Source: a virus
Taxonomy: Duplodnaviria > Caudoviricetes
DNA length: 64,000 bases
Direction: 5' to 3' (one strand)
IMG/VR virus record: IMGVR_UViG_3300024279_000008
Span: 1,772-65,771 of that record
Part shown: one piece after another, positions 1-9,640 of the stretch
How the letters are laid out: every line of letters begins with the position of its first letter
Numbering within the stretch: the stretch's first letter is position 1
Translations under genes and position numbers: made by a program
Notes under the pieces: generated by a model
The model's database searches: none
Told to the model about the DNA's origin: nothing
What the model saw: only the letters and a program-made list of their open reading frames with translations

Positions 1-576
1 TCACCGGATATAAGCCTGGGGCTGTTCATAACCAAATGGGGGATGAACATGCAAGCGTCATTTCAAACCCTTGCCCTCCAAGAAGAGATTAACCGATCCT
101 ACAAGGATGTATACCCTTCCTCCCAGGTCCAAGGAATCTTGGTGAATGTCCTAGAGAAACCGAAGAGGTACGTCCCTAAACGGAAATGTAAGGAATGCCA
201 GGATACGTACGAGTTTAACACCTGGCTGCCGACTGGGGATGGACGATACTCTTGCCCAGTGTGTGGAAATCGGCAGGAGTTGCAGGGACTGAAGGAGAAC
301 CCAGTCACCCGGCCCCCACAGTACTACCGGATTATCGTGACCAGGACCCAGGAGCAACTAACAAAGGCTACTCAAGACATAATCCAGGTTGGGGAGAGGA
401 TGATCCAGATGGAGCAGGGTGGGCTCCTGAGTGAGGAATGGAACACTGAAGCGTGTGTCCAATGGAAGAAGCCTTGTCCATTTTACAATAACCATCTCTA
501 CGGGGGCTCAACCAAGGATGATCCTGGGATGCAGGACGTTGAGGATTACCGTGGGTTAGTGGAGATTGAAGTATGA
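1..576 (+). CDS. PD-(D/E)XK (RecB/Cas4-like) exonuclease, 5'-truncated by the window edge
   Basis: Frame is open from base 1 (SPDISLGLFITKWGMNMQASFQTLAL). Has a CxxC..CxxC insert and C-terminal C-x5-CPFY; lies upstream of an AAA ATPase and an SSB. Confidence 0.55.
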   Translation, partial: SPDISLGLFITKWGMNMQASFQTLALQEEINRSYKDVYPSSQVQGILVNVLEKPKRYVPKRKCKECQDTYEFNTWLPTGDGRYSCPVCGNRQELQGLKENPVTRPPQYYRIIVTRTQEQLTKATQDIIQVGERMIQMEQGGLLSEEWNTEACVQWKKPCPFYNNHLYGGSTKDDPGMQDVEDYRGLVEIEV

Positions 577-728
577 CCTCGGATGAGATTATTAATGAGA
601 TCGAACGGAAGCTAAACGAAACCAATGTTGGTATAGAACTTTGGCTTGATGCAGGGTGCTGGAAGATTCAATCCGGGATGGGAATGACCTTCAAGGAATT
701 TTTAATCCAGATTGTGGAGAATGCTTAA
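573..728 (+). CDS. hypothetical protein (51 aa)
   Basis: ATGA overlap with the upstream stop and TAATG overlap with the next start; read manually (MTSDEIINEIERKL...). Confidence 0.55.
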   Translation: MTSDEIINEIERKLNETNVGIELWLDAGCWKIQSGMGMTFKEFLIQIVENA

Positions 729-898
729 TGCCTTTCACCGGAAAGAAACTAAGTGTACCCTTGCCTTGCCCTAAATGTGGTGGGCAAATTCAAGCTGAAG
801 AATGGTTATCTCATGATGAAGCTCATGAGGATTGGATGAGTAGATGTACTAGTCTTTCGTGTACTTATTATAAATGGTATGAAGGATTAGATTATTAA
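728..898 (+). CDS. small Zn-ribbon protein
   Basis: CPKC...CTSLSC; TAATG coupling. Confidence 0.55.
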   Translation: MPFTGKKLSVPLPCPKCGGQIQAEEWLSHDEAHEDWMSRCTSLSCTYYKWYEGLDY

Positions 899-968
899 GG
901 AAAGCTAATGAAAATTAAAATACAAAGAAATTTGCTAAAAGATTTAAGATCAAGCTAAAAGGAGCCCA

Positions 969-1850
969 ATGACAGAACAAAACATAGCACAAGTAATACC
1001 TGCTCAACCCATGCCTGTCATCCCAGGGATGAACATACAATCCTCCGGGAAGATTGTCTCAGCCAACACGAAGCTCGCGATGCTTCTGTGGGCTGCCTCG
1101 GGGATGGGAAAGACCTCCCTCGCGGGGAGCCTAGATCGGTTGACGCAGAAGTTTGATGGTCGAAGGGTCCTGTATATCCCCGTAGAGGCCTCAGAGGGTG
1201 GTGGAGCCGTCACGATCCGCAAACTAAACATCCCGATGTTCTACCCCAAGGATCTCTCGGACCTTAACAAAGCCCTCGGGTCCCTCCGGAATGACAAATC
1301 CTTCGCGGGGATTGTCCTAGATTCTGCCTCGGAGGTTGTGAAGCAGCACGTCAAGCCTGCGGCCCTGAGGTACCCCGCAAAGGACAACACCCCTACCCGC
1401 TCGGCTGGGGTCCCAACCCGAAGCGACTACCAGGTCATGGGGGAATTGACCTCCCAAATCTTCCGTCAGCTCATCGCGATGACGGTCCACGAAAAGCCTG
1501 AGTACCGGAAGCATATCATTGTGACTGCCACGGAGAAGTCCATTGAGGACCAAGACTCTGGGAGGGTAACATGGAAGGGTCCCGATCTGCCTGGAGCGAT
1601 GGCTCGCGAAGCAGTAGCGATGTTCCAGATCTGTGGGACCATCCAAGCCAAGTCTGAGGTTGTGGCTGGGAAGCGTTCGGTGGGACGGTACCTCGTGACT
1701 GGAACGGATGGGGTGGAAGCCTTGAAGGACCGGTTCGAACTCTTCCCCCAGGAAACCAAGATCTGTCGGGCTTGGGGACAGGGAGAGGGAGAGGATCTTT
1801 GCAGTCTGTGGGAGAAGTATTGGATGCCTGCAATGGCTCAGGAAGGATAG
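969..1850 (+). CDS. AAA ATPase, Sak4/AAA_24-like recombination NTPase
   Basis: Walker A AASGMGKTS, Walker B IVLDS, C-terminal ALKDR; GGAG RBS; nuclease-ATPase-SSB context. Confidence 0.75.
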   Translation: MTEQNIAQVIPAQPMPVIPGMNIQSSGKIVSANTKLAMLLWAASGMGKTSLAGSLDRLTQKFDGRRVLYIPVEASEGGGAVTIRKLNIPMFYPKDLSDLNKALGSLRNDKSFAGIVLDSASEVVKQHVKPAALRYPAKDNTPTRSAGVPTRSDYQVMGELTSQIFRQLIAMTVHEKPEYRKHIIVTATEKSIEDQDSGRVTWKGPDLPGAMAREAVAMFQICGTIQAKSEVVAGKRSVGRYLVTGTDGVEALKDRFELFPQETKICRAWGQGEGEDLCSLWEKYWMPAMAQEG

Positions 1851-1851
1851 T

Positions 1852-2112
1852 ATGAATTTATATCTATTAACCCAACATACAAACGGTGGGTACGACACAT
1901 ATGACAGTTGTGTTGTAGCCGCAACCTCCGAAGAAGAGGCACGTCAGATGCGCCCAAGTGGAGAGACCTACACAGAGTTTATTAGCTGTCCTTACAACAA
2001 AGGTCGTGAGTGGGATTGGGCTCATCCAGATGCAGTAACAGTAACATTACTTGGGATTGCGACCCCAGGTACTTCAAGTCAAGTAATTTGTGCCAGCTTC
2101 AATGCTGGCTGA
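1852..2112 (+). CDS. conserved-type phage hypothetical protein
   Basis: YDTYDSCVVAATSEEEAR and C-terminal ICASFNAG motifs. Confidence 0.6.
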   Translation: MNLYLLTQHTNGGYDTYDSCVVAATSEEEARQMRPSGETYTEFISCPYNKGREWDWAHPDAVTVTLLGIATPGTSSQVICASFNAG

Positions 2113-2195
2113 GGAGGTGATCCAAGTATCTACCGACCTACCCCGGCTTGCCCGGGGGTGCCGAGCTACGATGCTTCGGCACAAGGAGAAACATA

Positions 2196-2669
2196 TTGAC
2201 AGTCAATGACGGACTTATCGCGGCTCAAGAAGCCGCAGTGGAATTTGAACACATCAACATCATGGAGATCGACCCAACCTTCAAACCAATCAACGAAGGA
2301 TTCTACACCCTCCAGGTCAACAAACTGACCCCTAAGACTATTACCCCTTCGAAGGGTAAGAACCAAGGGAAGGCAGTTCTGGTCCTGAATGGTTCCTTCA
2401 CGGTGGTTGGGGATGATGCATTCTCGGGACGGAAGATCTGGAAGTCCTTTTGGGCCTCGAACCCAGTGGATCTGAAGGACCTCCGGCGGTTGGCCGATGC
2501 AACCGGTGTGACCCAAGATGCAGGTCAGACCCTCTCGGAGTACGCCCAGACGTTTGAGACTCTTAACCCCCCTGCGGAGTTTAAGGTGTTTCTCGCCACC
2601 CAGGCGGACTATCGGGACCCGACCCAGATGGTGAATGAGATTAAGTTCAATCAGGCCCAGCCGGTCTAG
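2196..2669 (+). CDS. single-stranded DNA-binding protein, DUF669-like
   Basis: AAGGAG RBS then TTG at 2196; PINEGFYTLQV and FSGRKIW patterns; follows the Sak4-like ATPase. Confidence 0.6.
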   Translation: MTVNDGLIAAQEAAVEFEHINIMEIDPTFKPINEGFYTLQVNKLTPKTITPSKGKNQGKAVLVLNGSFTVVGDDAFSGRKIWKSFWASNPVDLKDLRRLADATGVTQDAGQTLSEYAQTFETLNPPAEFKVFLATQADYRDPTQMVNEIKFNQAQPV

Positions 2670-2796
2670 GTCTAGGTCCATCCCTCATGGGGAGGGAGGA
2701 CCAACAGAGGGAGCGTGGCTCTCTCTGTGTGAGGAGAGTACTGAGGGAGGACGGGTGAAACGCCTGACTCCCTTTGCTCTCCAAGGAGCAATATCT

Positions 2797-2964
2797 ATGG
2801 AAGTCTCTTTTCAACAAGCCGTTAAGCTAGGATTAAGATGGCTGGAACAAGGGTGTGAAATTCCATATATAGATCCGGAGTACGGAGTAGTATTGAGACT
2901 AAACTCCTCGGTATTATCCCTCAGATTAAAAGATCGAAAGGCATGGTTTGAATGGAAACAGTAA
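2797..2964 (+). CDS. hypothetical protein
   Basis: AAGGAG RBS before ATG 2797. Confidence 0.5.
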   Translation: MEVSFQQAVKLGLRWLEQGCEIPYIDPEYGVVLRLNSSVLSLRLKDRKAWFEWKQ

Positions 2965-3164
2965 CCTTCCAAGCACAAATCGACTTAACCATCGGCCCGA
3001 ACTGGCCGGACCCATCCCCTCCCTGCACCCTAACCCCCAAGGACCTCCGATGCCTCCAGGAGTTATTCCAGGGGTTTGTCACAGTCCTAAGATGGTTTGG
3101 GTATGTTCGGAGTGATATGTACATCGACGAAAATTCCTGTGGAGGAGACGAGTTTACTAAATGA
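2952..3164 (+). CDS. hypothetical protein
   Basis: Overlap-coupled ORF in the operon. Confidence 0.45.
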   Translation: METVTFQAQIDLTIGPNWPDPSPPCTLTPKDLRCLQELFQGFVTVLRWFGYVRSDMYIDENSCGGDEFTK

Positions 3165-3358
3165 TACCTGTTCACAAAACCTGCTGGTTATGCTACGGTT
3201 CCAATGATGTCCAGAAGGAACTCCAAGATGCTGAGGGCCGATGTTATATATGTCATGGAACAGGAGTTCACACAGAATGGAGACTAGATGAAACGAGGAT
3301 GGGTGTTAGCGACGATACTAAGGAAGTTATTCCCAAAGACAATCAAAAGGATTGTTAA
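3161..3358 (+). CDS. small Zn-finger protein
   Basis: CWLC...CYICHGTG (DnaJ-like CxxCxGxG); ATGA overlap. Confidence 0.5.
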   Translation: MIPVHKTCWLCYGSNDVQKELQDAEGRCYICHGTGVHTEWRLDETRMGVSDDTKEVIPKDNQKDC

Positions 3359-3536
3359 CGATGAAGTCACTGAGGCGATACATCCAGAGTTTGGGTGGAT
3401 TTGGAACAAAGGGGAGCTTGGAGATTTGGTTTGGGAAGCCGGAAGAGATGCCGGGTGGATAGAGTGTTTAGTCCGTGTCCAAACCGACACGAAGGCTTTA
3501 ACCAAAATTGTAAAGGAGAAGTTTAGTGGTTCCTAA
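3288..3536 (+). CDS. hypothetical protein
   Basis: ORF abuts the polymerase start; overlaps the previous ORF, so start is uncertain. Confidence 0.4.
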   Translation: MKRGWVLATILRKLFPKTIKRIVNDEVTEAIHPEFGWIWNKGELGDLVWEAGRDAGWIECLVRVQTDTKALTKIVKEKFSGS

Positions 3537-6183
3537 ACCCCCAGGTTGCGCCGGCTGCCCTCTCGAAAAGATCGGTGTAGGCTTCGTCCCCTTCCAACTC
3601 CGGAAAGGCCCCATTCTCATGGTCGGGGAGCAACCCGGGGAGGACGAAGCTGCCTCAGGACAGTGCTTCACAGGAGGGTCGGGTCAGTGGCTCAGGAGCC
3701 TTTGTCGGAATGCAGGGATCGATTTCGATCAGGTCTCCCTTACCAACACGGTCCTTTGCAACACCCGACAGGACGGAGCAAACATATATCCCTTAAGTCC
3801 GGATTGGCACCTGACCTCCCGTCAGGATGCAGAACTAGCAATCAAACATTGCACGGAGACATATCTATGGCCGAATATCACACGGAGTGGGAAGGAACGG
3901 GTGTTTGCCATTGGAGCCCAAGCCTTGAAGCAACTCACTGGGAGGGATGGGATTCACACCTGGAGGGGAAGCCCTCTACCGCTCCTCGGGCGGATGGACC
4001 GCCCCAGGGTCATCCCGACGATCCACCCAGCCGCGCTTATGAGGCAGGCAAAGCTTTCCTCCGTAGTTGTCAAGGATCTCAGGAAGAGCTGCATCCTCCC
4101 TCCGGAGAACTACAATCTGTTCCCCACCTTAGAGGAACTAGAAGCTTTCAAATCCCGAAGGTTCGCGTTTGATCTGGAATGGGACGGAGGAGGGAATGTA
4201 ACCTTGTGTGGGCTCTCTGATCGGTTCTACACCGCTTTGGTTGTCCCCTTCCACGAACCCTACCTAGGAATCCTCCGGAGGATCTTCGAGAATGCGACAG
4301 ATATCATTGGACACAATATCATCCAAGCGGATTTACCATTTATTGAAAACCTCGGATGGGATGTTAGTCGCGCTGTTATCCACGATACCATGCTTAAGCA
4401 ACACCTCGTCCAGCCCGACTACCCCCACTCCCTCGCGTTTGTCGCGAGTGTGCTCACAAACAAGGTCTTTTGGAAAGGGAAATGGGAAGCCGAAGAAGAG
4501 CTAGGTGGGGAGGTCTCAGCCCAGCAATGGCGAAGTTGGGACCGACCTTGGGGGCTCCCTCGGGAACTTGGGGGGTATATGGGCTGCCATTCTGCGGTGG
4601 AGGCTTTCAATCTCTACAACGCTCGGGATACCGATGCGGAGTTCCAAATCGACACACCCCTCAGCCAACTTGTAACCCGATACCAGCTCCAGGACGTATA
4701 CAACTACGTCTCGGTACCATCCGCGTATATCTGCCGATCCCTCGGGAGCCAGGGATTGAAACTTGACACCCGCCGACTTGGGGAGGTCCGGTCGAAGCTC
4801 GACTCGGATATCCTCTCCCTTGAGGCCCAACTACCAGAAGGACTAAAACCCTATGACGAAACAGTCAGTTGTAACATCCCCGCCCCACCCGGAACTCTTA
4901 GACCTCGCAGCAAAGTGTGCAAAGGCACGGGCAAGCTACGACACGAACCCTACACAAAGGAATTTCTCCAGGTGGGAGAAGCTCTATGCGAAGTATGTGG
5001 AAGGGTTATGCGATCAGGTAAGCTCCAAGAAGCCAAAATCCTCAAAGGCACCCGCCAAGAGCGGGTCGTCCCGTACAACTCCCCCCAAAAAGTCCAAGCC
5101 TACGTCGCCTCCTTGGAGTTAAAGGAGGTTTATGACACCAAGACCAAGCGGGTCACGACCGGGAAGAAAGCCAGGAAGGTATGGGCAAAGCACCATCCGG
5201 AGTTTACCCTGCTTGGGGGGCTCAAACAGAAAAAGACCCTAAAGGATAACTTCGCGAAGGATGCTCTCCTCGAACAAGAACGAATGTTCTTTAGGCTCCT
5301 AGTTCATGGGACTGGGGAGGGAAGGTTATCATCCAAGGGCCTTCGGCAGGGGATAGATCTAAACATCCAAAACCAGCCCAAGGAGTTCCGGAAGATCTAC
5401 ATCCCCGATCATCCTGACTGGGGATTCCTCAGCCTGGATGTAGTCCAAGGCGAGAACATGCTTACGTGTTGGCTTGCGAAGGACTGGCCGAGGTGGGAGC
5501 GGCTCCAGCAACCAGACTACAATGAGCACTCAGACCTGGCATCCCGGATCTTCAACCGAAAGGTCATCAAAGGGGTCCAGGAGGACGAACCGTTCTACCT
5601 CGTTGGGAAGATATTCAATCACTCCAAGAACTACGGGGCAGGAGCCAGGAAACAACAAGAGATCCTAGCAGAGCATGGGTACGATCACTACACGACGGAG
5701 GACCTAAGGGAATTCAATGCGATCTGGGAAACAATGAATGCAGGAACTGCTCTCTGGCAAAAGCAAACCATCGAGACTATGAACAAACAGGGGTATCTAC
5801 GGAACCCCTTCGGTCGCATGAGGTGGTTTAGTTCCAGGGACTCCGCTGCGAAGGCCCTTGCGTTTATTCCTGCAAGCTCCCTCGCGGATATGGTCCTGAG
5901 GATGATGATTGCGCACTACCCTGGGACACCCCGGATTGGAGAGGCTATCCCGAAGTTGGGTCTTGAGACCTACCTCCCCATCATCCAAGACTGGATCATG
6001 TCCATCCAGGTCCATGATGAGTTGGTTTTCCAGGGACCGTGGGATGGGGTCCAGGAGCAAGCATCCCGGAGCAAGATGATAATGACCCAACCCTGGAGGG
6101 AATTGGATGGGTTTAGATTTGGAGTTGACGTGAAGGCCTCCCAGAAGAGTTGGGGGGAGTGTAAACATTTGGAGGTGGCATAA
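3526..6183 (+). CDS. polA: family A DNA polymerase with N-terminal family-4-like uracil-DNA glycosylase domain and 3'-5' exonuclease
   Basis: UDG: CxxC, GEQPG, HPAALMR. Exo I FDLEW, Exo II HNIIQADL, Exo III YNARD. Pol motifs A DVVQGE, B KIFNHSKNYG, C QVHDELV. Confidence 0.92.
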   Translation: MVPKPPGCAGCPLEKIGVGFVPFQLRKGPILMVGEQPGEDEAASGQCFTGGSGQWLRSLCRNAGIDFDQVSLTNTVLCNTRQDGANIYPLSPDWHLTSRQDAELAIKHCTETYLWPNITRSGKERVFAIGAQALKQLTGRDGIHTWRGSPLPLLGRMDRPRVIPTIHPAALMRQAKLSSVVVKDLRKSCILPPENYNLFPTLEELEAFKSRRFAFDLEWDGGGNVTLCGLSDRFYTALVVPFHEPYLGILRRIFENATDIIGHNIIQADLPFIENLGWDVSRAVIHDTMLKQHLVQPDYPHSLAFVASVLTNKVFWKGKWEAEEELGGEVSAQQWRSWDRPWGLPRELGGYMGCHSAVEAFNLYNARDTDAEFQIDTPLSQLVTRYQLQDVYNYVSVPSAYICRSLGSQGLKLDTRRLGEVRSKLDSDILSLEAQLPEGLKPYDETVSCNIPAPPGTLRPRSKVCKGTGKLRHEPYTKEFLQVGEALCEVCGRVMRSGKLQEAKILKGTRQERVVPYNSPQKVQAYVASLELKEVYDTKTKRVTTGKKARKVWAKHHPEFTLLGGLKQKKTLKDNFAKDALLEQERMFFRLLVHGTGEGRLSSKGLRQGIDLNIQNQPKEFRKIYIPDHPDWGFLSLDVVQGENMLTCWLAKDWPRWERLQQPDYNEHSDLASRIFNRKVIKGVQEDEPFYLVGKIFNHSKNYGAGARKQQEILAEHGYDHYTTEDLREFNAIWETMNAGTALWQKQTIETMNKQGYLRNPFGRMRWFSSRDSAAKALAFIPASSLADMVLRMMIAHYPGTPRIGEAIPKLGLETYLPIIQDWIMSIQVHDELVFQGPWDGVQEQASRSKMIMTQPWRELDGFRFGVDVKASQKSWGECKHLEVA

Positions 6184-6413
6184 TGCCCATACAAGAAGAC
6201 TACCTAACAAGGATTGAAGAACTAGAAGGGATGCTTTATGAGTTCTTAGGGGCGTTCCAAACCGGCCCACGAGGGGGGAACAGTACCTTCGAAGGGGGGA
6301 AGAGTATCCTAGATATCGAGGTATCTGATGAGATCGAAGAATTGATCTGCAAAGCCGAGATGCTCCTAGAGGCTTCGCTATTGGATGAGCCGTTGTTTGA
6401 GGAGGAGGATTAG
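6183..6413 (+). CDS. acidic hypothetical protein
   Basis: TAATG coupling to polA. Confidence 0.55.
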   Translation: MPIQEDYLTRIEELEGMLYEFLGAFQTGPRGGNSTFEGGKSILDIEVSDEIEELICKAEMLLEASLLDEPLFEEED

Positions 6414-6415
6414 GA

Positions 6416-7582
6416 GTGAACCTCTCAATCATCCCACCAGGCTCCTACCTCTCCGCCTGGTGTAGGATGTTATCATGCACGGAGATCCCTATCTCCTACC
6501 AGGTTGCTGGGGGGATAACCCTGATTGGAGCCTGCCTCAAACGGAAGGTCTGGGTGGATCAAAAGAACTGGAAGGTCTACCCAAACCAATCGGTAATGTT
6601 TGTCGGCCCATCAGGGATCGGCAAGGACACCATCATCAACGCAGTGACCCGGGAGATCGAACGGGTCGGGGCAGTACCGATCCTCGGGGGGAAAACCATG
6701 GAGGGGATCAACTACCGCCTCCAAGGCCTCGGCCAGGAGGCTGCATGTTATATCCCCGCAGGAGAGCTGTCCTCCTTCTTCGGTCAGAAGGACTACCAAG
6801 CAGGGATGATCCAGGAGTTCACCGATCTGCTCTCAGGTGGGGACAAGAAGGATATCTCCACCAAGGGGGATCTTTATAGCCATGATGGCAGCCCTGCCCG
6901 GCCCAAGTACATATACAACCCCACCCTCACCCTGCATGGAGGCTCGACCGAGGAATGGCTCCACAAGGCCATGCCAGATGGGACCATGGAGGGTGGGTTC
7001 TTAGGGAGGTTCCTAATTGTCGTGGAGCAATTCGGCCAGAAGCACGTAGCCCTCGTGAAGAACTCCCTCGATCGAGAGGACCTTCAAGCTATCGAGGAGG
7101 CCTCTCAGGAATGGGAGTATGGGATAAAGGAGATCATCGCTCATTATACGAAGCCTACCGAAATGAACCTCCTAGAGGACGCCCAGTTCTACTACACCAA
7201 CTGGTACCACAACCGGTTTAAGTACTTCTCCAAGGTGGTCCTACCGTATGCTAATCGCTCCCGGGATATGGTCCTAAGGCTCGCAATGCTTATGGCCATC
7301 TCCCGTCGCCATTGGAATTGGATCGATGAGGAGGATGTTAAGTTCGGGGCGGATATCCTCTGCGAGGTGGGGAAGTATATCGATAAGGTGGTCCTCCCTC
7401 CCACAAGTGAAGCCCAAGCATCCAGGATGATCCTCCAGATGCTCCCAGCCACCAGCCCCGAGATCTGGAAGGCCCTCAATCAGAAGTTCCCCCTGCGGGT
7501 CCTCCAAGCCGCCGAACAAGTCCTTGCTGGGAGCGGGCAGATATATAGGGATAAGGGAATTTGGAAAGTTAAAGGAGATTAA
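6416..7582 (+). CDS. P-loop NTPase, DUF3987-like helicase domain
   Basis: Walker A GPSGIGKD; ELSSFFG, GFLGRFLIV and LRLAMLMA patterns typical of this family. Confidence 0.7.
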   Translation: MNLSIIPPGSYLSAWCRMLSCTEIPISYQVAGGITLIGACLKRKVWVDQKNWKVYPNQSVMFVGPSGIGKDTIINAVTREIERVGAVPILGGKTMEGINYRLQGLGQEAACYIPAGELSSFFGQKDYQAGMIQEFTDLLSGGDKKDISTKGDLYSHDGSPARPKYIYNPTLTLHGGSTEEWLHKAMPDGTMEGGFLGRFLIVVEQFGQKHVALVKNSLDREDLQAIEEASQEWEYGIKEIIAHYTKPTEMNLLEDAQFYYTNWYHNRFKYFSKVVLPYANRSRDMVLRLAMLMAISRRHWNWIDEEDVKFGADILCEVGKYIDKVVLPPTSEAQASRMILQMLPATSPEIWKALNQKFPLRVLQAAEQVLAGSGQIYRDKGIWKVKGD

Positions 7583-8355
7583 TGAAAAGTAAAATCAAAC
7601 CAAGTAATGTTTTAGTTTTGCCAGACATCCATTTCAAGGCCACCAAAGGTGGAGAGGATAAACGCACCCTGGATGCGGTCCTTCAGTACGCCTCGGACCA
7701 TCCCTGGTCCCATGTCGTCCTCCTTGGGGATGTGATGGATCACAACTCAATCTCCAGCCATAACAAGGGCAACCTTAAGAACGTTGAGGGTGAAACCCTT
7801 ATGAAGGATTACACCGTCGCGAACCGGTGGTTGGATGCCTTGGAGGGAGCAACCCCTGGAGCGGAGAAATGGGTCATCGAGGGGAACCACGATTACCGTG
7901 CAACCCTAGTGGCCGAACAACAACCCCAACTGGAGGGACTAATTGAAACACAGAATGGATTACGAATACTGGGAAGAGGATGGCATTGGGTACCTTACTG
8001 GACTACCGGAGAGGTCTTGGACCTTGGTCGGGCCAGCTTCGGGCATGGTAGATACACTAATAAATATCATGCGGAAAGACATGCCACACGCTACGGTAGA
8101 AATTTCTACTATGGCCATCTCCATGACACCCAATCCTACACAGTAGAGCGGGATGGGGATGATCTGAAGTATGAGGCTGCGAGCCTTGGGTGTCTTTGTT
8201 CCTACCGCCAGTACTGGATGAAGGGTAGGCCATCCAAGTGGCAGCAGGCAATTTCTACATTTAGGTTCCAACCAAATGGGAATTTTAACAGATATACCGC
8301 CAACATTTTTTCTCACAAATTCCTCAGCCCCGAAGGTAAACTCTATGCTGGATAG
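7582..8355 (+). CDS. calcineurin-like metallophosphoesterase
   Basis: DIH, GDVMD, GNHD, GHG and GHLH motifs. Confidence 0.88.
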   Translation: MKSKIKPSNVLVLPDIHFKATKGGEDKRTLDAVLQYASDHPWSHVVLLGDVMDHNSISSHNKGNLKNVEGETLMKDYTVANRWLDALEGATPGAEKWVIEGNHDYRATLVAEQQPQLEGLIETQNGLRILGRGWHWVPYWTTGEVLDLGRASFGHGRYTNKYHAERHATRYGRNFYYGHLHDTQSYTVERDGDDLKYEAASLGCLCSYRQYWMKGRPSKWQQAISTFRFQPNGNFNRYTANIFSHKFLSPEGKLYAG

Positions 8356-8491
8356 ATGCATCCAGGAAGAAAACCGATGTAGGGATGAGATCCTCCGGGA
8401 GAACTGGCACCCTAAGGAAGCACGGTATGGCCTAAACGACTGGTTCGCAGAGGAGTGTTTGATACGATTAGGAGAGATTGGTGGAAGGTAG
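8345..8491 (+). CDS. hypothetical protein
   Basis: Short overlap-coupled ORF (MLDRCIQEENR...). Confidence 0.4.
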   Translation: MLDRCIQEENRCRDEILRENWHPKEARYGLNDWFAEECLIRLGEIGGR

Positions 8492-8963
8492 AAAAAACGA
8501 CATAGGAAAATGTAGATTAGACCTTATCCCTCCAGATGCCTTATGGGAAGTTGGCAAGGTCTACACAATGGGCGCAACCAAATACGATGACCGTAACTGG
8601 GAGAAAGGTATTCAATACGGAAGGGTGTTTGCTGCGATGCTTCGACATGCCTGGAAATGGTTCTCCGGAGAAACCTACGACACCGAAGATGGCCAACATC
8701 ATCTTGCCTCAGTAATTTGGTGTGGATTAGCCTTGCTTCATTACGACCTAAACAAGGAGAAGTACAAACAATATGACAACCGTCCAGAAGGAACTGTAAA
8801 AGTATGGCTTCCAAAACTCCACCCCGAAAAAGAGGTCGTCCAGCCAAAGTCCTCCCAGCTCCTGCTCCCCCTCCACCCAGAGGTCCAGCCGCCCTATCGC
8901 GAGGTAAATGGGTTCCACTCCTTAGGTGTAAGAAGTGTGGAATCTACACCATCGATCCGGTGA
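8478..8963 (+). CDS. dATP/dGTP diphosphohydrolase domain protein (DUF5664-like)
   Basis: GRKNDIGK.RLDLIP, GATKYDDRNWEKG, MLRH, DTEDGQHHLASV. Confidence 0.85.
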   Translation: MVEGRKNDIGKCRLDLIPPDALWEVGKVYTMGATKYDDRNWEKGIQYGRVFAAMLRHAWKWFSGETYDTEDGQHHLASVIWCGLALLHYDLNKEKYKQYDNRPEGTVKVWLPKLHPEKEVVQPKSSQLLLPLHPEVQPPYREVNGFHSLGVRSVESTPSIR

Positions 8964-8966
8964 AGT

Positions 8967-9368
8967 GTGGGAACTGTGGAACTGACCGATAGGGACCAAC
9001 GATGGCTAGGGAGGCTCCAGGTGATATGCCAGGACCTCCCCTTGGTGGGAGGAAACAGGCTGGCTGCCGCATTGGTTGAAGGCCGAACCCTCTTGGGGAT
9101 GGGCTCCAACGAACATCGGACCCATCCCCTCCAAGCAAAATACTCCCTCAACCCCGAGGCAATCTACCTTCACGCTGAGATTGCGTGCTTGGCAAATGCC
9201 CTCAGAAGGTTGAGGGAGTATCATGCCCTAGGGAGGGCTACGATGTATGTGTGTAGGGTAGGGAAAGGAGGGGAGATGAGACTAGCGAAGCCATGCCCTG
9301 GATGTGAGAGGGCCTTGGGGGAATTCGGGGTAGGGAGAGTGGTATGGAGTACTAACGAATGCAATTAA
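8967..9368 (+). CDS. Zn-dependent cytidine/dCMP deaminase-family protein
   Basis: HAE and PCPGC zinc motifs. Confidence 0.8.
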   Translation: MGTVELTDRDQRWLGRLQVICQDLPLVGGNRLAAALVEGRTLLGMGSNEHRTHPLQAKYSLNPEAIYLHAEIACLANALRRLREYHALGRATMYVCRVGKGGEMRLAKPCPGCERALGEFGVGRVVWSTNECN

Positions 9369-9640
9369 CTTATGTCTGTTGGCGGGATGCTATGCATGAA
9401 GAAGCCGAAGCAGGGGGACCTGCCCACGCTCAGTTAATAACCCTAGAGGAGGTTGGATGGCTTGCGGACGAGACCGATGAGGCAGTGACGCTGGTTATGG
9501 AACTTGAACCTGGTCCTGAGATCAATGGGGAGCCAACTTCCCAAGCAGGCCGGTGGAGGTTGCATATCCCTAAGTGCAATATTGTCGAGATGAGGGTGAT
9601 GGAATTTGGGAAAGCTTTCCCTAAGAGGAGTATACGATGA
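9359..9640 (+). CDS. conserved-type phage hypothetical protein
   Basis: V.W.DA...VGWL...IPK pattern. Confidence 0.6.
   Translation: MQLTYVCWRDAMHEEAEAGGPAHAQLITLEEVGWLADETDEAVTLVMELEPGPEINGEPTSQAGRWRLHIPKCNIVEMRVMEFGKAFPKRSIR

Noticed and set aside
2738-2765. Hammerhead ribozyme (CTGA...GAAA)
   Set aside because: Core reads CUGAGGG, not CUGANGA, and stems I/III cannot be formed.
3526-9368. Z-genome (2-aminoadenine) or 7-deazaguanine system
   Set aside because: DUF5664 alone is insufficient; no PurZ, DatZ, QueC/D/E, FolE or DpdA is recognisable in the window.
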